Below, piece by piece: positions 55,501-64,000 of a stretch of 64,000 nucleotides of DNA. The notes below the pieces were generated by a model. The model did not search any database. It was not told the DNA's origin and saw only the letters and a program-made list of their open reading frames with translations. Positions within the stretch are counted from its first letter, which is position 1. Every line of letters starts with the position of its first letter. Made by a program: the position numbers and the translations under genes. Origin of the DNA: the human T2T-CHM13v2.0 reference genome, Homo sapiens. The stretch lies in assembly GCF_009914755.1 (NCBI RefSeq), contig NC_060925.1. The stretch is one strand, 5' to 3'.

Positions 55501-58500
55501 AAATCGGAATTATCGTATGGAATCGAAGAGAATCATCGAATGGACCCGAATGGAATCATCTAATGGAGTGGAATGGAATAATCCATGGACTCGAATCCAA
55601 TCATCATCGAATGGAATCGAATTGAATCATCGAATGGACTCGAATGGAATAATCATCGAACGGAATCGAATGGAGTCATCATCGGATGGAAATGAATGGA
55701 ATCATCATCGAATGGAATCGAATAGAATTATGGAATGAAATCCAGTGTGATCATCATCGAATGGACCCTAATGGAATCATCATCCAACGGAAGCTAATGG
55801 AATCGACATCGAATGAATCGAATGGAAACACCATCGAATTGAAACGAATGGAATTATCATGAAATTGAAATGGATGGACTCATCATCGAATGGATTCGAA
55901 TGGAATCATCGAATAAAATTGATTGAAATCATCAACAAATGGAATCGAATGGTATCATTGAATGGAATCGAATGGAATCATCATCAGATGGAAATGAATG
56001 GAATCGTCATAGAATGGAATCGAATGGATTCATTGAATGGAATCAGATGGAATCATCGAATGGACTGGAAAGGAATCACTGAATGGACTCGAAAGAGATC
56101 ATGATTGAATGGAATTGAATGGAATCATCGAATGGTCTCGATTGGAATCATTATCAAATGGAATCGAATGGAATCACCGAATAGAATCGAATGGAACAAT
56201 CATCGAATGGACTCAAACTGAATTATCCTCAAATGGAATGGAATGGAATTATCGAATGCAATCGAATGGAATTATCGAATGCAATCGAATAGAATCATCG
56301 AATGGACTCGAATGGAATCATCGAATGGAATGGAATGGAACAGTCAATGAAGTCGAATGGAATCATCATTGAATGGAATCGAATGCAATCATCGAGTGGA
56401 ATCGAATGGAATTATGATCAAATGGAATCGAATGTAATCATCATCAAATGGAATCAAAAATAACCATCATCAATTGGTATTGAATGGAATTGTCATAAAA
56501 TGGAATTCAAAGGAAACATCATCAAATGGAACCGAATGGAATCCTCATTGAATGGAAATGAAAGGGGTCATAATCTAATGGAATCGCATGGAATCATCAT
56601 CAAATGGAATCGAATGGAATCATCATTAAATGGAATCTAATGGAATCATTGAACAGAATTGAATGGAATCGTCATCGAATGAATTGAATGCAATCATCGA
56701 ATGGTCTCGAACGGAATCATCTTCCAATGGAATGGAATGGAATCATCGCATAGAATCGAATGGAATTATCATCGAATGGAATCGAATGGTATCAACACCA
56801 AACGGAAAAAAACGGAATTATCGAATGGAATCGAAGAGAATCTTCGAACGGAACCGAATGGAATCATCTAATGGAATAGAATGGAATAATCCATGGACTC
56901 GAATGCAATCATCATCGAATGGAATCGAATGGAATCATCGAATGGACTCGAATGGAATAATCATTGAACGGAATCGAATGGAAACATCATCGGATGGAAA
57001 CGAATGGAATCATGATCGAATGGAAATGAAAGGAGTCATCATCTAATGGAATTGCATGGAATCATCATAAAATGGAATCGAATGGAATCAACATCAAATG
57101 GAATCAAATGGAATCATTGAACGGAATTGAATGGAATCGTCATCGAATGAATTGAATGCAATCATCGAATGGTCTCGAATGGAATCATCTTCAAATGGAA
57201 TGGAATGGAATCATCGCATAGAATCGAATGGAATTATCATCGAATGGAATCGAATGAAATCAACATCAAACGGAAAAAAACGGAATTATCGAATGGAATC
57301 GAAGAGAATCATCGAATGGACCCGAATGTAATCATCTAATGGAATGGAATGGAATAATCCATGGACTCGAATGCAATCATCATCGAATGGAATCGAATGG
57401 AATCATCGAATGGACTCGAATGGAATAATCATTGAACGGAATCGAATGGAATCATCATCGGATGGAAATGAAAGGAGTCATCATCTAAGGGAATTGCATG
57501 GAATCATCATAAAATGGAATCGAATGTAATCATCATCAAATGGAATCAAAAATAACCATCATCAATTAGTTTTGAATGGAATTGTCATCAAATGGAATTC
57601 AAAGGAATCATCATCAAATGGAACCGAATGGAATCCTCATTGAATGGAAATGAAAGGGGTCATCATCTAATGGAATCGCATGGAATCATCATCAAATGGA
57701 ATCGAATGGAATCATCATCAAATGGAATCTAATGGAATCATTGAACAGAATTGAATGGAATCGTCATCGAATGAATTGAATGCAATCATCGAATGGTCTC
57801 GAATGGAATCATCTTCTAATTTAATGGAATGGAATCATCGCATAGAATCGAATGGAATTATCATCGAATGGAATCGAATGGTATCAACACCAAACGGAAA
57901 AAAACGGAATTATCGAATGGAATCGAAGAGAATCTTCGAACGGACCCGAATGGAATCATCTAATGGAATGGAATGGAATAATCCATGGACTGGAAGGCAA
58001 TCATCATCGAATGGAATCGAATGGAATCATCGAATGGACTCGAATGGAATAATCATTGAACGGAATCGAATGGAATCATCATCGGATGGAAACGAATGGA
58101 ATCATCATCGAATGGAAATGAAAGGAGTCATCATCTAATGGAATTGCATGGAATCATCATCAAATGGAATCGAATGGAATCAACATCAAATGGAATCAAA
58201 TGGAATCATTGAACGGAATTGAATGGAATCGTCATCGAATGAATTGAATGCAATCATCGAATGGTCTCGAATGGAATCATCTTCAAATGGAATGGAATGG
58301 AATCATCGCATAGAAACGAATGGAATTATCATCGAATGGAATCGAATGGTATCAACATCAAACGGAAAAAAACGGAATTATCGAATGGAATCGAAGAGAA
58401 TCCTCGAACGGACCCTAATGGAATCATCTAATGGAATGGAATGGAATAATCCATGGAGTCGAATGCAATCATCATCGAATGGAATCGAATGGAATCATCG

Positions 58501-61500
58501 AATGGACTCGAATGGAATAATCATTGAACGGAATCGAATGGAATCATCTTCGGATGGAAACGAATGGAATCATCATGGAATGTAAATGAGAGGAATCATC
58601 ATCTAATGGAATTGCATGGAATCATCATAAAATGGAATCGAATGGAATCAACATCAAATGGAATCAAATGTAATCATTGAACGGAATTGAATGGAATCGT
58701 CACCGAATGAATTGAATGCAATCATCGAATGGTCTCGAATGGAATCATCTTCAAATGGAATGGAATGGAATCATCACATAGAATCGAATGGAATTATCAT
58801 CGAATGGAATCGAATGGAATCAACATCAAACGGAAAAAAACGGAATTATCGAATGGAATCGAAGAGAATCATCGAATGGACCCGAATGGAATCATCTAAT
58901 GGAATGGAATGGAATAATCCGTGGACTCGAATGCAATCATCATCGGATGGAAATGAATGGAATCATCATCGAATGGAATCGAATAGAATTATGGAATGAA
59001 ATCCAGTGTGATCATCATCGAATGGACCCGATTGGAATCATCATCCATCGGAAGCAAATGGAATCAACATCGAATGAATCGAATGGAAACACCATCGAAT
59101 TGAAACGAATGGAATTATCATGAAATTGAAATGGATGGACTCATCATCGAATGGATTCGAATGGAATCATTGAATAAAATTGATTGAAATCATCATCAAA
59201 TGGAATCGAATGGTATCATTGAATGGAATCGAATGGAATCATCATCAGATGGAAATGAATGGAATCGTCATAGAATGGAATCGAATGGATTCATTGAATG
59301 GAATCAGATGGAATCATCGAATGGACTGGAATGGAATCATTGAATGGACTCGAAAGGGATATTTATTGAATGGAATTGAATGGAATCATCGAATGGTCTC
59401 GATTGGAATCATTATCAAATGGAATCGAATGGAATCACCGAATAGAATCGAATGGAACAATCATCGAATGGACTCAAATGGAATTATCCTCAAATGGAAT
59501 CGAATGGAATTATCGAATGCAATCGAATGGAATTATCGAATGCAATCGAATAGAATCATCGAATGGACTCGAATGGAATCATCGAATGGAATGGAATGGA
59601 ACAGTCAATGAACTCGAATGGAATCATCATTGAATGGAAACGAATGGAATCATCGAGTGGAATCGAATGGAATTATGATCAAATGGAATCGAATGTAATC
59701 ATCATCAAATGGAATCAAAAATAACCATCATCAATTGGTATTGAATGGAATTGTCATCAAATGGAATTCAAAGGAATCATCATCAAATGGAACCGAATGG
59801 AATCCTCATTGAATGGAAATGAAAGGGGTCATCATCTAATGGAATCGCATGGAATCATCATCAAATGGAATCGAATGGAATCATCATCAAATGGAATCTA
59901 ATGGAATCATTGAACAGAATTGAATGGAATCGTCATCGAATGAATTGAATGCAATCATCGAATGGTCTCTAATGGAATCATCTTCTAATGGAAAGGAATG
60001 GAATCATCGCATAGAATCGAATGGAATTATCATCGAATGGAATCGAATGGTATCAACATCAAACGGAAAAAAACGGAATTATCGAATGGAATCGAAGAGA
60101 ATTTTCGAACGGACCCGAATGGAATCATCTAATGGAATGGAATGGAATAATCCATGGACTCGAATGCAATCATCATCGAATGGAATCGAATGGAATCATC
60201 GAATGGACTCGAATGGAATAATCATTGAACGGAATCAAATGGAATCATCATCGGATGGAAACGAATGGAATAATCATCGAATGGAAATGAAAGGAGTCAT
60301 CATCTAATGGAATTGCATGGAATCATCATAAAATGGAATCGAATGGAATCAACATCAAATGGAATCAAATGGAATCATTGAACGGAATTGAATGGAATCG
60401 TCATGGAATGAATTGACTGCAATCATCGAATGGTCTCGAATGGAATCATCTTCAAATGGAATGGAATGGAATCATCGCATAGAATCGAATGGAATTATCA
60501 TCGAATGGAATCGAATGGAATCAACATCAAACGGAAAAAAACGGAATTATCGAATGGAATCGAAGAGAATCATCGAATGGACCCGAATGGAATCATCTAA
60601 TGGAATGGAATGGAATAATCCATGGACTCGAATGCAATCATCATCGAATGGAATCGAATGGAATCATCGAATGGACTCGAATGGAATAATCATTGAACGG
60701 AATCGAATGGAATCATCATCGGATGGAAATGAATGGAATCATCATCGAATGGAATCGAATAGAATTATGGAATGAAATCCAGTGTCATCATCATCGAATG
60801 GACCCGAATGGAATCATCATCCAACGGAAGCTAATGGAATCAACATCGAATGAATCGAATGGAAACACCAAAGAATTGAAACGAATGGAATTATCATGAA
60901 ATTGAAATGGATGGACTCATCATCGAATGGATTCGAATCGAATCATCGAATAAAATTGATTGAAATCATCATCCAATGGAATCGAATGGTATCATTGAAT
61001 GGAATCGAATGGAATCATCATCAGATGGAAATGAATGGAATCGTCATAGAATGGAATCGAATGGATTCATTGAATGGAATCAGATGGAATCATCGAATGG
61101 ACTGGAATGGAATCATTGAATGGACTCGAAAGGGATCATGATTGAATGGAATTGAATGGAATCATCGAATGGTCTCGATTGGAATCATTATCAAATGGAA
61201 TCGAATGGAATCACCGAATAGAATCGAATGGAACAATCATCGAATGGACTCAAATGGAATTATCCTCCAATGGAATCGAATGGAATTATCGAATGCAATC
61301 GAATGGAATTATCGAATGCAATCGAATAGAATCATCGAATGGACTCGAATGGAATCATCGAATGGAATGGAATGGAACAGTCAATGAACTCGAATGGAAT
61401 CATCATTGAATGGAATCGAATGGAATCATCGAGTGGAATCGAATGGAATTATGATCAAATGGAATCGAATGTAATCATCATCAAATGGAATCAAAAATAA

Positions 61501-64000
61501 CCATCATCAATTGGTATTGAATGGAATTGTCATCAAATGGAATTCAAAGGAATCATCATCAAATGGAACCGAATGGAATCCTCATTGAATGGAAATGAAA
61601 GGGGTCATCATCTAATGGAATCGCATGGAATCATCATCAAATGGAATCGAATGGAATCATCATCAAATGGAATCTAATGGAATCATTGAAAAGAATTGAA
61701 TGGAATCGTCATCGAATGAATTGAATGTAATCATCGAATGGTCTCGAATGGAATCATCTTCTAATGGAAAGGAATGGAATCATCGCATAGAATCGAATGG
61801 AATTAACATTGAATGGACTCGAATGGAATCCACATCAAACGGAATCAAGCGGAATTATCGAATGGAATCGAAGAGAATCATCGAATGGACTCGAATGGAA
61901 TCATCTAAAGGAATGGAATGGAATAATCCACGGACTCGAATGCAATCATCATCGTATAGAATCGAATGGAATCATTGAATGGACTCGAATGGAATAATCA
62001 TTGAACGGAATCAAATGGAATCATCATCGGATGGAAACGAATGGAATCATCATCGAATGGAAAAGAAAAGAGTCATCATCTAATGGAATTGCATGGAATC
62101 ATCATAAAATGGAATCGAATGGAATCAACATCAAATGGAATCAAATGGAATCATTGAACGGAATTAAATGGAATCGTCATCGAATGAATTGAATGTAATC
62201 ATCGAATGGTCTCGAATGGAATCATCTTCTAATGGAAAGTAATGGAATCATCGCATAGAATCGAATGGAATTAAAATTGAATGGACTCGAATGGAATCAA
62301 CATCAAACGGAAAAAAACGGAAATATCGAATGGAATCGAAGAGAATCATCGAATGGACCCGAATGGAATCATCTAATGGAATGGAATGGAATAATCCATG
62401 GACTCGAATGCAATCATCATCGAATGGAATCGAATGGAATCATCGAATGGACTCGAATGGAATAATCATAGAACGGAATCGAATGGAATCATCATCGGAT
62501 GGAAATGAATGGAATCATCATCGAATGGAATCGAATAGAATTATGGAATGAAATCCAGTGTGATCATCATCGAATGCACCCGAATGGAATCATCATCCAA
62601 CGGAATCTAATGGAAACAACATCGAATGAATCGAATGGAAACACCATCGAATTGAAACGAGTGGAATTATCATGAAATTGAAATGGATGGACTCATCATC
62701 GAATGGATTCGAATGGAATCATCGAATAAAATTGATTGAAATCATCATCAAATGGAATCGAATGGTATCATTGAATGGAATCGAATGGAATCATCATCAG
62801 ATGGAAATGAATGGAATCGTCATAGAATGGAATCGAATGGATTCATTGAATGGAATCAGATGGAATCATCGAATGGACTGGAATGGAATCATTGAATGGA
62901 CTCGAGAGGGATCATTATTGAATGGAATTGAATGGAATCATGGAATGGTCTCGATTGGAATCATTATCAAATGGAATCGAATGGAATCACCGAATAGAAT
63001 CGAATGGAACAATCATCGAATGGACTCCAATGGAATTATCCTCAAATGGAATCGAATGGAATTATCGAATGCAATCGAATGGAATTATCGAATGCAATCG
63101 AATAGAATCATCGAATGGACTCGAATGGAATCATCGAATGGAATGGAATGGAACAGTCAATGAACTCGAATGGAATCATCATTGAATGGAATCGAATGGA
63201 ATCATCGAGTGGAATCGAATGGAATTATGATCAAATGGAATCGAATGTAATCATCATCAAATGGAATCAAAGATAACCATCATCAATTGGTATTGAATGG
63301 AATTGTCATCAAATGGAATTCAAAGGAATCATCACCAAATGGAACCGAAAGGAATCCTCATTGAATGGAAATGAAAGGGGTCATCATCTAATGGAATCGC
63401 ATGGAATCATCATCAAATGGAATCGAATGGAATCATCATCAGATGGAATCTAATGGAATCATTGAACAGAATTGAATGGAATCGTCATCGAATGAATTGA
63501 ATGCAATCATCGAATGGTCTCGAATGGAATCATCTTCTAATGGAAAGGAATGGAATCATCGCATAGAATCGAATGGAATTAACATTGAATGGACTCGAAT
63601 GGAATCAACATCAAACGGAATCAAGCGGAATTATCGAATGGAATCGAAGAGAATCATCGAATGGACTCGAATGGAATCATCTAATGGAATGGAATGGAAT
63701 AATCCACGGACTCGAATGCAACCACCATCGTATAGAATCGAATGGAAACATCAAATGGAATCATCGAATGGACTCGAATGGAATAATCATTGAACGGAAT
63801 CGAATGGAATCATCATCGGATGGAAACGAATGGAATCATCATCGAATGGAAATGAAAGGAGTCATCTAATGGAATTGCATGGAATCATCATCAAATGGAA
63901 TCGAATGGAATCAACATCAAATGGAATCAAATGGAATCATTGAACGGAATTGAATGGAATCGTCATCTAATGAATTGAATGCAATCATCGAATGGTCTCG
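35219..64000 (+). repeat. More diverged sub-domain of the array, mostly with the alternative first module (ATTAACATTGAATGGACTC...CGGAATCAAGCGG)
   Basis: The alternative module first appears at 35219 and recurs at 36594, 38370, 40612, 42385, 44158, 46396, 48172, 52202, 54420, 61700 and 63476. Private substitutions are visibly more frequent than left of ~34.4 kb (judged by eye, not counted). Confidence 0.82.
55859..59119 (+). repeat. 3261-bp complex rearranged interval
   Basis: Module starts at 56663, 57131, 57755, 58223 and 58691. Junctions lie at ~57470 (-26 bp), ~57525 (switch into spacer) and ~58945 (-75 bp). Confidence 0.85.

Larger units (their letters stand above)
1..64000 (+). repeat. 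Human Satellite II (HSat2/HSATII) pericentromeric-type tandem array, HSat2A-like with ~1.77-kb unit
   Basis: The sequence throughout is degenerate (GAATG)n organised as GAATGGAATC and ATCATCGAATGGAATC, i.e. CATTCGATTC on the - strand. That pattern and the abundant TCGA sites indicate HSat2 rather than pure (GGAAT)n HSat3. No non-satellite interruption or strand switch was seen. Subfamily and chromosome (chr1q12-like) are inferred from the 1776-bp period only. Confidence 0.96.

Noticed and set aside
81-63869. Hundreds of + strand ORFs of 61-163 aa (MESSSNE..., MKLKWMD..., MELSSNG...)
   Set aside because: They are translations of the GAATG satellite, which is ATG-rich and stop-poor on this strand. 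They overlap in several frames, are low-complexity (W/N/G/I/E/M), lack domains or gene structure, and are freely broken by stops and frameshifts between copies.
1-64000. CRISPR-like or other repeat-spacer system
   Set aside because: There are no unique spacers and no associated genes. All intervening sequence is itself degenerate satellite repeated in every unit.
1-64000. HSat3 (SatIII/DYZ1), telomeric or alpha-satellite identity
   Set aside because: Pure GGAAT runs are at most about four copies, and GAATCGAATG/ATCATC words dominate. There is no TTAGGG run, no 171-bp period and no 3.5-kb DYZ1 period.
1-64000. Transposon insertion, inversion or embedded unique sequence
   Set aside because: None was seen on read-through. 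Orientation is constant and every interval length is accounted for by satellite segments. A very short insertion could have been missed by eye.

Overview
The whole 64-kb window is one uninterrupted, single-orientation tandem array of human (or great-ape) Satellite II (HSat2/HSATII), with GAATG on the + strand and CATTC on the - strand. It is built from GAATGGAATC decamers plus ATC triplets, giving 23/26-bp sub-periods rich in TCGA. The canonical higher-order unit is 1776 bp: an ~840-bp segment plus two 468-bp modules, with one EcoRI site per unit. This matches the classical ~1.77-kb HSat2A repeat, best known from chr1q12 (pUC1.77/D1Z1); the chromosome is an inference. I count 31 complete landmark-to-landmark intervals plus partial ends. 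About two thirds are length variants (1386, 1770, 1854, 2218-2254, 2839, 3151, 3180, 3261 bp) explained by 468-bp module gain or loss and in-register deletions. The left ~34 kb is homogeneous and contains a ~12.6-kb tandem super-duplication. The right ~29 kb is more diverged and mostly uses a different first-module variant. I see no genes, RNA genes, transposon insertions, inversions or CRISPR arrays, and all listed ORFs are satellite-translation artefacts. I find no support for a novel gene-encoded system. What is worth following up is the nested repeat architecture and the recombination history it records.
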